NCBI GenBank assembly: GCA_964016885.1
Contig: OZ024740.1
Location: 184,078,001 to 184,142,000 of the forward strand
Direction: 5' to 3'
Length of the DNA stretch: 64,000 bases
DNA from: Eledone cirrhosa
Lineage: Eukaryota
Below are positions 1 through 11,214 of the stretch, one piece after another. Within the stretch, counting starts at the first letter, position 1. The number at the start of each line of letters is the position of its first letter. The translations under genes were made by a program, and so were the position numbers. Under the pieces are notes generated by a model. It was given only the letters and a program-made list of their open reading frames with translations, had not been told where the DNA came from and made no database searches.

Positions 1-109
1 AGCAGCTCAACTGCCGTATGTGAAGTAAATACTGCATGGCTTTCGTTCTACTACACTAATATTTCTACCAGTCTATTACCGTGAGAAGAAGATCAATCAT
101 ATATATTCT

Positions 110-310
110 TAATTCAGGCATAAGGCCAACAATTTAAACGGTGGTGTAATCAATGAAATAGGCTCCATCGCTTGATTGGTACTGTATTTTGTCGACCCCA
201 TGAGGATGAATGGAATAGGTGACATCTGTGGGATTTGAAGTCAAAGTTGTAACTAAATAAGTTAAGGTATATTTCTAAGACACTAATAATTCTACCAATC
301 CACTGTCCAT
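110..310 (-). mobile_element. Degenerate octopus-type SINE copy
   Basis: Contains ggtactgtattttgtcgacccc...aggatgaa...ggatttgaa, the same motif string seen at 22895-22970 and, in reverse, at 6770-6850 and 35690-35810. Confidence 0.55.
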
Positions 311-1934
311 GGAACAATAATAATGATTTCTAAGATACCAAGACAAATATATTAAAGACTGGTGAATGTTTTTAGTCAACCAAACCAGCCCAGTAATCAT
401 CTGATACTTTATTCTGACTATTTTGATGGGATTTGATCATAACCTGTAATTAAACCCCACAATATATTTTCCTTAACTCTACCGATTATTCCAGCCATTG
501 ATCTAACAATCATAACAATATGTTTTAATTTAGGCGAGAAATGTTTGAATTGTGGAAATGTCGATCAAATCGATGCCAGTACTTAGCACTTACTTCATTT
601 TATGAAAGAAACCTTGATCTCAGTTTAATTTGAAATTAGGAATTAAAGAGCTGGTAGAAATATCATGAAGCACTTTGTCCAAAGCTCTAATCCACGATTC
701 TGCTAATCCACTGCTCTTCTAAGAATCATATGGATTACAGTAATAATTATGCACCTACCACAAGCAGATCGAAGAATAAACTTGTCTAAAAGTAACTAAT
801 TTAAGTATAGAAAATATTTGGAAGTGCAGCACTCTCTAAGTTAGATAATATCTAATTTTGAGGATATCTAAGAGGAATAAAATTAGTGTTACAATGAGTG
901 GGATACAGTACTTCGAAACATGTCTAGATTGACAAGGAGAGCAAATGTTACAATGAATAGAATACAGTACTTTGGAATATTTCTGTGCAGAGTGACAAGA
1001 AATGAAAGGCAACCACTCAGATGTGATCACTCATCCAACTATCCTCCGGGGAAATACCTTCTCTACTCTGTCCGTCGGAGCCGTGGAGCGGCCAGGGCGT
1101 GGGCCTCCATTTGCTTATAATAGCGAGAGAGACGGAGGCAGTAACAATGGGATGATTCAATTATGTCCATACCTAATATATATGCATACACACCACATAT
1201 ACAATACGTACAGTTGATTAGGTTCTACTGCATCGGAGGTATTTTTTTGTAACATAATGTACAAAAAAAGAATCCATATATTCTGTCAACCTTTCATTCG
1301 ATTCTGACCACGATATCACACAAATGTAATTAAAATACAAGAATGTTAAAAATGAATTAAACATGATGTGAAAGTATAAGGGTAAGATAAAAACTAATAT
1401 AAAAATAATATATACACCATACTGAGACTGAAACCTTTCCATTCAACGAGTAAGCCTGAGTTGTTTGAAATTGCCGCTAAATTGACTTACACAATAATGC
1501 CTTCCATTATATTCAAAATTAAACTCAGAACACATACTTAGTGTAACATATGTTCTTGAGTAAGCTTTTAATCATTAGTGCAACTATCACAGTACACACT
1601 GTACACATGTTTTATCCATTCATTTCAGTAATAAGTTAGTACAACTTACATAGTTCATGCACTGCGCAACCAGCTTCTGTAGGAGATCTTAGGAGTCTCT
1701 ATTTGGCTGTTATCACCGCTAAAAAGAACAACAGGTTGCATCTACCATCTTCTAAACATGAAGGACACCTTCGAATGTGTCTTGATTTAAACACATGTAT
1801 TAAGAATTAATTTCTCGTGAGCAAACAAGAAAGTTTCTTTGTGGTCGCTTGAACTGCTACAAATATTAGTCAATGCTGAAATCAAGCCACAAAGTATTTA
1901 AGAAGAGAATAATATAAAATAAAGTAGTCATAGT

Positions 1935-2218
1935 CAGCGGGATAACTAGGGAAAAAGCGCCAATGGCAAGCAGTGAAATTGCGCCTCTGCCCAACAAAGT
2001 ATTTTGAACTATGGGACTAATCATTTATATGAAGGGTTTAATGATTATAGTGCTTCTCATCCATGATAATCAAAGACAGTTCATAGATCTGGAGAACTTT
2101 TTTTAACTCTCAGACGATAGCTTATCTTATTTAATAGTGCTCCTAGTCCAAGTAGCGCCCCACTTTAAGTGGCACCCATGGCAGGTGACTTGCTTGTTAT
2201 ACCCTATTTACACCTCTG
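1935..2218. mobile_element. hAT-like MITE
   Basis: Imperfect TIRs cagcgggataactaggg / ccctatttacacctctg, flanked by an 8-bp near-duplication gtcatagt (1927-1934) / gtcataga (2219-2226). Confidence 0.6.
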
Positions 2219-2825
2219 GTCATAGATGAAATGTTGAAATCTGAACCGTCGTTGGTGCTATGCCCGCTCGTTCAGAGATAACGTTAGTGCTAAATAACAT
2301 CGCATAATCATTAACAACTAGTTAACTATTGTAATATTTCTGTAGCAATATTCAGCAACATTTTCACACCTGGCAATGTTGTAAGACAATATATTGAAAA
2401 GAAAAATTCCCTATATTTGCCAAAAAAATATTGTCAACGTTTCCAAACACATATAGACCGATGAAAAAAAAATCAAAATAGACATCACTTGTATTTGGCA
2501 CACATCTTTACTGCTGCATTGTAATGGAACTTTCAGCTATAGTTTTTTTATGTGTGTATATATATATCTATGTGAATGTAACAATAATACACAAGGAGAA
2601 TTACAAAAAAAGACGTTAAAATTGACTTATATTGAATTACTTATGAACGCACCATCTGCAGAATTAATTCTACTGCATTATACAGTTTCACTGGTATGAA
2701 GACTGCCAAACAAACAAACAAAAAAGAAATGTTACTATACACATATATGTATGAATATATATATATATATATATTTATATATGTATATATATATATATGT
2801 TAATATATATATATATATATATATG

Positions 2826-3885
2826 ATTCTGTGGACCGTCACTGCCTGATGAAAGTCTTATGGAATCCCCAAGAAGATAGTGGACCTGATATCATTGCTC
2901 TACACCAACACCAAAGCCCCCAAGTCATTACACATGATGGGATGACAGAGTTCTTTGAGATACTGGCTGGAGTGCTCCAGGAAGATACATTGACTCCCTA
3001 CCTTTTTATCATCGTAGTGGACTATTGTATGCGCCTTGCACTGGAGAAACACCAGGACTCTGGCTTTACTTTAGCACCGGCTCAGAGCAGGAGAGTTAAG
3101 GCGAAACAATATCAGATGCTGAATTTGCCGACGACATAGTTTTGGTGACAAATACAGTGAAGGAGGCAGAGGATTTGATGCAGGAGGTTGAGACTGTGTC
3201 GATGAGTGTGGGGCTGAGAATGAATGAGACTAAAACGAAATATCTGGTAGAGAATGTTGAAAAGCCAGAGGGGAACACTAATGTAGGCGGGAAGCCGCTA
3301 GAATTGGCTGAGGACTTCCTGCATTTGGGAGCAAAGATTGGGAATACGGAAGATGATGTGGTTGATAGGAAGAGCAAAGGCTGGGTGGCGTACCACAGCT
3401 TGAGATCGGTGTGGAAGTCGGACCTTCGTAAGGACCTGAAAATCCGCCTTTTCTTTGCTGTAGTGGGGTCTATGCTGCTGTACGGGACTGAGACTTGGAC
3501 ACTGACCAAGAAACTCACTCAGATGGTGGATGGGTGCTACACGAGAATGCTGAGGATGGCTCTGAACATTAATCAGTATACACTGAGGTGAAAAACTCAG
3601 AGCTGTATGGGAGCCTCCCAAAAGTCAGCTCAAAAGTGACACAGAGGAAACTGAGATTAGCTGGACATGCTCACAGACATCCAGATTTGACATTGCACTC
3701 AGTGCTCCTGTGGGAACCCCTACATGGACAAACTGGAAGAGAAAGACCAAGATTACAATATGTTGATGCCCTAAGGACATACACTGGTCTGTTGGAGAGG
3801 CAGGACATGGCAGCAATAATGAGGGACAGAGACCGCTGGAGAGAACTCGTCCATGGATCTCGGGAATTTTACTCGCCCTAGAATA
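2826..3885 (+). mobile_element. 5'-truncated RTE-clade LINE, frameshifted RT C-terminal half
   Basis: FFEILAGVLQEDTLTPYLFIIVVDY, FADD motif (gaatttgccgacgac ~3121), MLLYGTETWTLTK, RLAGHAHRH, DRDRWRELV; flanked by TA-rich microsatellites. Confidence 0.9.
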
Positions 3886-4647
3886 GAAAATATATATATA
3901 CACAAACGTATATGCACATACAAGTGCACGAACATACACATGCATACATACATACATACTTACATATACCTATATCCATATAAAAAAGAAATTAGTTTGT
4001 ACGTTGATCGCTAACACTAAAAAAATATTATAAAAATGATGGTTTTCGTGTTTTCAACTAATCTGACCTCCATCATGCTGTCGAGTTATTTTCTCAAAAT
4101 GAAATGGGGGGGGGGGGAGTTGGAAGAGACTTTACTGGTATTTCTAGCGCACGGATAGAGGCTATTCGTCCATTATGCTGTCAATATATTGGATCGTCAA
4201 TACGAAATTTGTAGAAATGTCTTTCTTTTCTACGAATTTCAACAAATTTCATACTTGATGCTCCAATATATAGAGTGACACACTATACCCCTCATTCAAA
4301 CCACTTCCTCAAATCTCTATCTAAAACTTTTTCTACCTTTTTTTGTTTGTTGTCCACCGGTCTCACATATGACTCACACTCTCTCTCTTTCCCCCTTACT
4401 CTCTCTCCTCCCTCCCTCTTCATCTGTCTCTATCGCCCTTCTCACTCACTACCTTTTTTGCTTGTTATCTGTATGTACATATCTATGTATATCCTTATAA
4501 AAAGCAAGTTTGTAAGTGGACCGCTAATAACATTAAATAAAATTGATAATAATGTTTTTCGTGTGTTTCCAACTACTCTGATCCAAATCTGTTTGTGTGC
4601 GTATGTGTGTGTGTATGTGTATGTGAATTATTTTGTTTATATATATA

Positions 4648-5260
4648 CTATCAGGCCAGTCCGGCTGGCGCCGGCTAGGTATATCGGCATTTTATCTTTT
4701 CACGATTCCCCCTCCACTCCAATGCCAAGATACCGCACGCCCTCTTTTCTGCGAGGTAGGGGTGGGGGTGGGGTGGTGTGTTAACGTGCTCTGATGTTGG
4801 GTTTAAATAGTTTTTAGAATTGCCCAGTTCAGCAGCCAGTACGTTAAAGAAAATTGATAGTTACAACAATAAAGGCTGAACAGAGAACAGATTTTTTAAC
4901 AAACTTTTCAATAATTAGTACAAACATAATGGAAATTCAAAGTAACAGAAAATACATAAATTACATTCTTAGGACCTCAGAGTATACAATATTTTTTGTT
5001 CGGCCCCCGGGAGCAAAGAAGAATAGATTGTTTGGCGAATTCATCCTAGAGCATCCTACATACAATTGACCATGGGAGAAGCATGGTTTTCCCAGATGAA
5101 GGCCAGCCACATTTTGACCCTGAGCTTTATTAATGGTAATCACGAAGCTTAGTCTCTCTGTTGCTCTAGTAATATTTTTTCTTCTGGAAAATCTGATCTT
5201 GCGGCCAGGCTGGAACCTTTTGGGTGGCATATCGGCAGTAACATTGACGGTAAGCCATCC
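4648..5260 (-). mobile_element. Helitron 3' remnant (PIF1-like helicase C-terminus and 3' hairpin)
   Basis: [14 protein letters not shown]...[12 protein letters not shown]...KNIVYSEVL are Helitron helicase motifs; GC hairpin ccggctggcgccgg at 4661-4674 is followed on the minus strand by a CTAG-like end. Confidence 0.85.
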
Positions 5261-5333
5261 GTGTTTTCGTGAAATAAATACATGTGTTTATATTTTAATT
5301 TTGTTTATGTAAAAATATCTGTACACGAATGTA

Positions 5334-5414
<81 letters not shown>

Positions 5415-6001
5415 ATATATATATATGTGAAGATAATATGTCAGCACTGAGAACAATATTTGGTCTAGGGTTCTTATATATTTAATATATATTCATCCTT
5501 ATGGAGCCCTCTTTGGATTTTAGTCTTCACATTTATTATTATTACGAATTATATGTATATAAATATAATTAATTACGGAGAGCGCGTGCGGTATCTTTGC
5601 ACTGAATTAATTAAAATTTGGTTAGAAGCGATGTCAATGCAGACAGATAGCCAGACAGATAGATACTATAAGCGTGCGACGTTATAGCTATGTATCTAAT
5701 GCAGACAGCCAGACATACAGAGACATATACGGGGGCGACGGTATAACTAAGTATCTATCTAAAAAGACAGACTAAGAAAGAGAGAGGAATGTCGTATAAC
5801 CGGAAGTGTTGACATTTGAAAATTATAAACAAGTGAATATTTAAATAAACAATAAAATATCTTTAATCTTTTAACTAAATTTAGTAGAGAAAAATACGCT
5901 AACTTTCTTAATAGGAAAAAGTTACATCTATGGTGCAAATCTGGTGCTTTTTGTTCCAGCCGTTTGGCGAAAAGTTTGTTACATACATACGGCCGTCAGA
6001 T

Positions 6002-6066
<65 letters not shown>

Positions 6067-6694
6067 TTTATTTATTTATTTTATTTTTTATTTCGCTTAA
6101 ATCTGATCCCATACAAACAAGCCTATCCGTTCGAATTTAAAGTCTCTAACAGGGTCACTCTCTTAATAATGTGTTTTTTCAGTATTTGGGATCGGTAAAT
6201 TTGCTACGGTAAGGTTCTTTGTTATCTTAGCAATTTAACATTATTTTCCACACGCATTGTGTTGGTCTTCAAAATTTATATTTGTGTTTCCCATGAAACA
6301 ATGCTTCAAGCAAGCTACAAAACCCTGTTATATATATATAACTTCTTTGTCTCTACGTCTGTCTGTCTGTTCCTATGCATTCTCTAACGGCTGAACCAAA
6401 TCAAATCAAATTTTACTATTAGACCCCAGAGTGTCAACATGTAATGTTTATTTTCATTTCGATTAAAACAATATAAGATTTTATCTAAAATATTATTTGT
6501 ATACTCAACTATAGTAAACCACGACGACCACGAGGACGACGATTCACATTTTGTATATGAGTGTGCACACAGGCAATTATACACGCACACACATCTACAG
6601 ACACATGAATTACACAATCAATATTGTTTACCCCAAGGTGCTTCGAGATTGACAAATTTTCATTTCTAAATTCTATTATCATTCCAATTACAAG

Positions 6695-6890
6695 GGCGGT
6701 GGATTGGCAGTATCAGTAGAGGGTCGGAGGCTATGCTTTGCAACATAGAGTCACAACCCTTTATAATCTGAGTTCAAATCTCGCCGAGGTTAACTTTGCC
6801 TTTAATCCTTACGGGGTCGATAACATAAAGTACCAGTAATGCACTGGGATGATTGGTGGCCTTGTGCCAAAAGTAGAAACAATTATCATT
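6695..6890 (+). mobile_element. Octopus-type tRNA-derived SINE
   Basis: ggcggtggattggcag (A-box-like), gagttcaaatc (B-box), then aactttgcctttaatccttacggggtcgataa...gtaccagt...tggccttgtgcc. Confidence 0.75.
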
Positions 6891-7000
6891 ACAATTTTGA
6901 TATTTCTTTTTATAAAATATAGATATTCAGAAATAATTATGAAAAAAAAAACATATGTTCATGTTTATTCTTTACTAATCTGAATAAGAACAGCATTAAC

Positions 7001-7028
7001 CCGGGCAACGTCGGGTAATTCAGCTAAT
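7001..7028 (+). mobile_element. Helitron-type 3' end
   Basis: ccgggcaacgtcgggtaattcagctaat: hairpin then CTAR/T end, similar to 18445-18473. Confidence 0.5.
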
Positions 7029-7045
7029 ATAATATATATATATAC

Positions 7046-7094
<49 letters not shown>

Positions 7095-7096
7095 CA

Positions 7097-7128
<32 letters not shown>

Positions 7129-7140
7129 CATATATATATT

Positions 7141-7265
<125 letters not shown>

Positions 7266-7290
7266 TATATACATATATATATATATATAT

Positions 7291-8175
7291 ATGAGAGACG
7301 TAAAATAAGAAAATTATAAAATTAACTTACTTACTAAAATTTCACTCCAACTAATTAGTTTCTGAAAAAGAATAAACATAGTTTTCAAAGAAATTTACGG
7401 AGAAGCCTTTCGTCATCAGGGAAGTATATTCTCAGCTAAGTTTGCAGGCAATAGGTGGACACAGGGAACTTATACAAAAATAATTCAGTGGATGGAAACC
7501 CTTTCAGAAACTAATTAGTTGGAGTGAAATTTTAGTAAGTTTATTTTATAATTTTCTTATTTTACGTCTCTCATATTATTGTTCTGCATCCCCATGCATT
7601 AAACCACAAAGTTACTAAGACAAAACGTATATATTTGCTAGCATAAGTATACATCTGTGTATATATATGTTACTAGATATATTAATTTTTTATAATTATC
7701 TCCAAATTATTTTGTCGAGCAAAAATTGGCCAAAACTGCTACTATAGTAACAGTCCGGCTGCTGTCTTCTGAACAAACCACTCTTCACTGATTGGACTCG
7801 ATGTCACGTGACTGATTCTTTTGAATTACCCACCGACGCAGTAGGCAGTGATTTTTTCAATGGCTTGGAATTTAGTCCACGCTTTGTTTTTTTCCTTCCA
7901 CTGAATTACTTTTGTATAAGTTTCCTGTGTCCATGTATTGCCTGGAAACTTAGCTGAGAATAGACGTCCCTGATGACGAAAGGCTTCTCTGGAAGTTTCT
8001 TCGAAAACTATGTTTATTCCCTTTCAGAAACTAATTGGTTGGAGTGAAATTTTAGTAAGTTAATTCTATAATTTTACATCCCCATGCATTGAACCACAAA
8101 GTTACTAAGACAAAACCTATATATGTGCTAGCATAAGTATGCATATGTGTATATATATGTTACTAGATATATTAA
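7291..8175 (+). mobile_element. Non-coding PLE pseudo-LTR/retrozyme-like insert (~520-bp unit, ~1.3 copies, inverted 5' copy)
   Basis: Direct repeat 7499-7690 / 8019-8175; 7291-7490 is an inverted copy; CTGATGA plus hairpin at 7970-8005; (TA)n on both sides. Confidence 0.65.
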
Positions 8176-8200
8176 TTATATATATATATATATATTTATA

Positions 8201-8278
<78 letters not shown>

Positions 8279-8308
8279 TGTATATATATATACATATATA
8301 TATACATA

Positions 8309-8348
<40 letters not shown>

Positions 8349-8857
8349 GTTGAGAAGGTAACACACCAGAGAGAGATATTTAGTGCGCTATCAATAATAC
8401 AGGGAAAAAAGTCTGCCTGTCATAGGTTATAGTGCGCTATCAATAATACAGGAAAATAGTCTGCCTTTCATAGGTTATAGATTCCATACACTGGTGGTTT
8501 TTTCCCTGTATTATTGATAGCGCACTATATATCTCTCTCTGGTGTGTTACCTTCTCAACATATTATATTCTAAAGGGCTCAGGATCTCTTCCCCTTTGAG
8601 CACATTATTTACAGGGAATAACGACGGCCTATGCCTCCGTTAATTTATCGTGATATTTCGCTCCTAACAACAGCCTTTCCTAACTCTGTTTGGTTGAGCA
8701 CTCTTCTCTGAGTGGCTTTGGGCTGCCCTTTCTAGCAGTTCGTCTCTCAGAGGCCACTGGTTCACTGCCCTTAAACACGCTGTGACTTCTCTCTCCCACG
8801 TGTAGCTGGACAGTCAATTGTAAAATTCTCTTAGTGTTGTCTGAAATGTATGGCCTT

Positions 8858-8936
8858 ACACACGCTGATGAACCGAGACTAACATTTCTTTCAACAATTT
8901 TTCTGGTGAAACATATCTCTGGATTTGTACGTGTGT
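8858..8936 (+). ncRNA. Type I hammerhead ribozyme, copy 1
   Basis: acacacg-CTGATGA-acc...ggt-GAAA-catatc tctg gattt-GTA-cgtgtgt: 7-bp stem I, stem II closed by acc/ggt, stem III aca.atc/gat.tgt, GUA cleavage triplet. Confidence 0.88.
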
Positions 8937-9396
8937 GATATAGTTATAGAGGTATTTATTTACGCTTTAATTTATATTTTTAATTATCGTGTCTATAGTC
9001 TGCCTTTCATAGGTTATAGATTCCATACACTGGTGGTTTTTTCCCTGTATTATTGATAGCGCACTATATATCTCTCTCTGGTGTGTTACCTTCTCAACAT
9101 ATTATATTCTAAAGGGCTCAGGATCTCTTCCCCTTTGAGCACATTATTTACAGGGAATAACGACGGCCTATGCCTCCGTTAATTTATCGTGATATTTCGC
9201 TCCTAATAACAGACTTTCCTATCTCTGCTTGGTTGAGCACTCTTCTCTGAGTGTCTTTGGGCTGCCCTTTCTAGCAGTTCGTCTCTCAGAGGCCACTGGT
9301 TCACTGCCCTTAAACACGCTGTGACTTCTCTCTCCCACGTGTAGCTGGACAGTCAATTGTAAAATTCACTTAGTGTTGTCTGAAATGTATGGCCTT

Positions 9397-9475
9397 ACAC
9401 ACGCTGATGAACCGAGACTAACATTTCTTTCAACAATTTTTCTGGTGAAACATATCTCTGGATTTGTACGTGTGT
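9397..9475 (+). ncRNA. Type I hammerhead ribozyme, copy 2
   Basis: Identical motif 539 bp after copy 1. Confidence 0.88.
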
Positions 9476-9935
9476 GATATAGTTATAGAGGTATTTATTT
9501 ACGCTTTAATTTATATTTTTAATTATCGTGTCTATAGTCTGCCTTTCATAGGTTATAGATTCCATACACTGGTGGTTTTTTCCCTGTATTATTGATAGCG
9601 CACTATATATCTCTCTCTGGTGTGTTACCTTCTCAACATATTATATTCTAAAGGGCTCAGGATCTCTTCCCCTTTGAGCACATTATTTACAGGGAATAAC
9701 GACGGCCTATGCCTCCGTTAATTTATCGTGATATTTCGCTCCTAATAACAGACTTTCCTATCTCTGCTTGGTTGAGCACTCTTCTCTGAGTGGCTTTGGG
9801 CTGCCCTTTCTAGCAGTTCGTCTCTCAGAGGCCACTGGTTCACTGCCCTTAAACACGCTGTGACTTCTCTCTCCCACGTGTAGCTGGACAGTCAATTGTA
9901 AAATTCACTTAGTGTTGTCTGAAATGTATGGCCTT

Positions 9936-10014
9936 ACACACGCTGATGAACCGAGACTAACATTTCTTTCAACAATTTTTCTGGTGAAACATATCTCTGG
10001 ATTTGTACGTGTGT
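9936..10014 (+). ncRNA. Type I hammerhead ribozyme, copy 3
   Basis: Identical motif 1078 bp after copy 1. Confidence 0.88.
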
Positions 10015-10474
10015 GATATAGTTATAGAGGTATTTATTTACGCTTTAATTTATATTTTTAATTATCGTGTCTATAGTCTGCCTTTCATAGGTTATAGATT
10101 CCATACACTGGTGGTTTTTCCCTGTATTATTGATAGCGCACTATATATCTCTCTCTGGTGTGTTACCTTCTCAACATATTATATTCTAAAGGGCTCAGGA
10201 TCTCTTCCCCTTTGAGCACATTATTTACAGGGAATAACGACGGCCTATGCCTCCGTTAATTTATCGTGATATTTCGCTCCTAACAACAGCCTTTCCATAA
10301 CTCTGTTTGGTTGAGCACTCTTCTCTGAGTGGCTTTGGGCTGCCCTTTCTAGCAGTTCGTCTCTCAGAGGCCACTGGTTCACTGCCCTTAAACACGCTGT
10401 GACTTCTCTCTCCCACGTGTAGCTAGACAGTCAATTGTAAAATTCTCTTAGTGTTGTCTGAAATGTATGGCCTT

Positions 10475-10553
10475 ACACACGCTGATGAACCGAGACTAAC
10501 ATTTCTTTCAACAATTTTTCTGGTGAAACATATCTCTGGATTTGTACGTGTGT
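10475..10553 (+). ncRNA. Type I hammerhead ribozyme, copy 4
   Basis: Identical motif 1617 bp after copy 1. Confidence 0.88.
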
Positions 10554-10806
10554 GATATAGTTATAGAGGTATTTATTTACGCTTTAATTTATATTTTTAA
10601 TTATCGTGTCTATAGTCTGCCTTTCATAGGTTATAGATTCCATAAACTGGTGGTTTTTTCCCGGTTTATTGATAGCGCACTATATATCTCTCTCTGGTGT
10701 GTTACCTTCTCAACATATTATATTCTAAAGGGCTCAGGATCTCTTCCCCTTTGAGCACATTATTTACAGGGAATAACGACGGCCTATGCCTCCGTTAATT
10801 TATCGT

Positions 10807-10870
<64 letters not shown>

Positions 10871-10877
<7 letters not shown>

Positions 10878-11136
10878 TTATTACCTTTCACCGTATTTTA
10901 TACTAAAGAAATTTCTAGCCTGATAGTGGGGTTTATAAAGCTCGGAGAAATGGAAAAAGATGAGTGTTGCCGTACGGCTACACTCATCTTTTTTCCATTT
11001 CTCCGAGGGTTATAAACCCCACTATCAGGCTAGAAATTTCTTTAGTCTAAAATACGGTGAAAGCTTATAATTTCTAATTTCAAACTGGCGCACCGTTTCA
11101 AAAACAAACTTACATGTTTACATTAATAATTTGGTT

Positions 11137-11140
<4 letters not shown>
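10871..11140. repeat. Fold-back (palindromic) insert in (TA)n, family shared with 49411-49690
   Basis: ~100-bp inverted arms 10871-11077 centred on gccgtacggc, plus a ~60-bp unpaired tail. Confidence 0.9.

Positions 11141-11211
<71 letters not shown>

Positions 11212-11214
<3 letters not shown>

Larger units (their letters stand above)
8456..10807 (+). repeat. 539-bp tandem array (4.36 units), retrozyme-like, one hammerhead per unit
   Basis: CTGATGA at 8865, 9404, 9943 and 10482 (period exactly 539); near-identical units; no credible ORF; (TA)n on both flanks. Confidence 0.95.

Noticed and set aside
1015-1095. Possible reversed 5S rRNA-like segment (gatcactcatccaactat)
   Set aside because: Similarity too short and diverged to call an rRNA gene or 5S-derived SINE
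10003-10754. Repeated 70-aa ORFs in the 539-bp array
   Set aside because: Non-ATG start overlapping the ribozyme cleavage site; the frame is not kept in all units (a T-run length varies); no recognisable domain
8456-10807. Antisense ribozyme (ambisense viroid-like RNA)
   Set aside because: No CTGANGA core found by eye on the minus strand of the unit; other ribozyme classes were not tested
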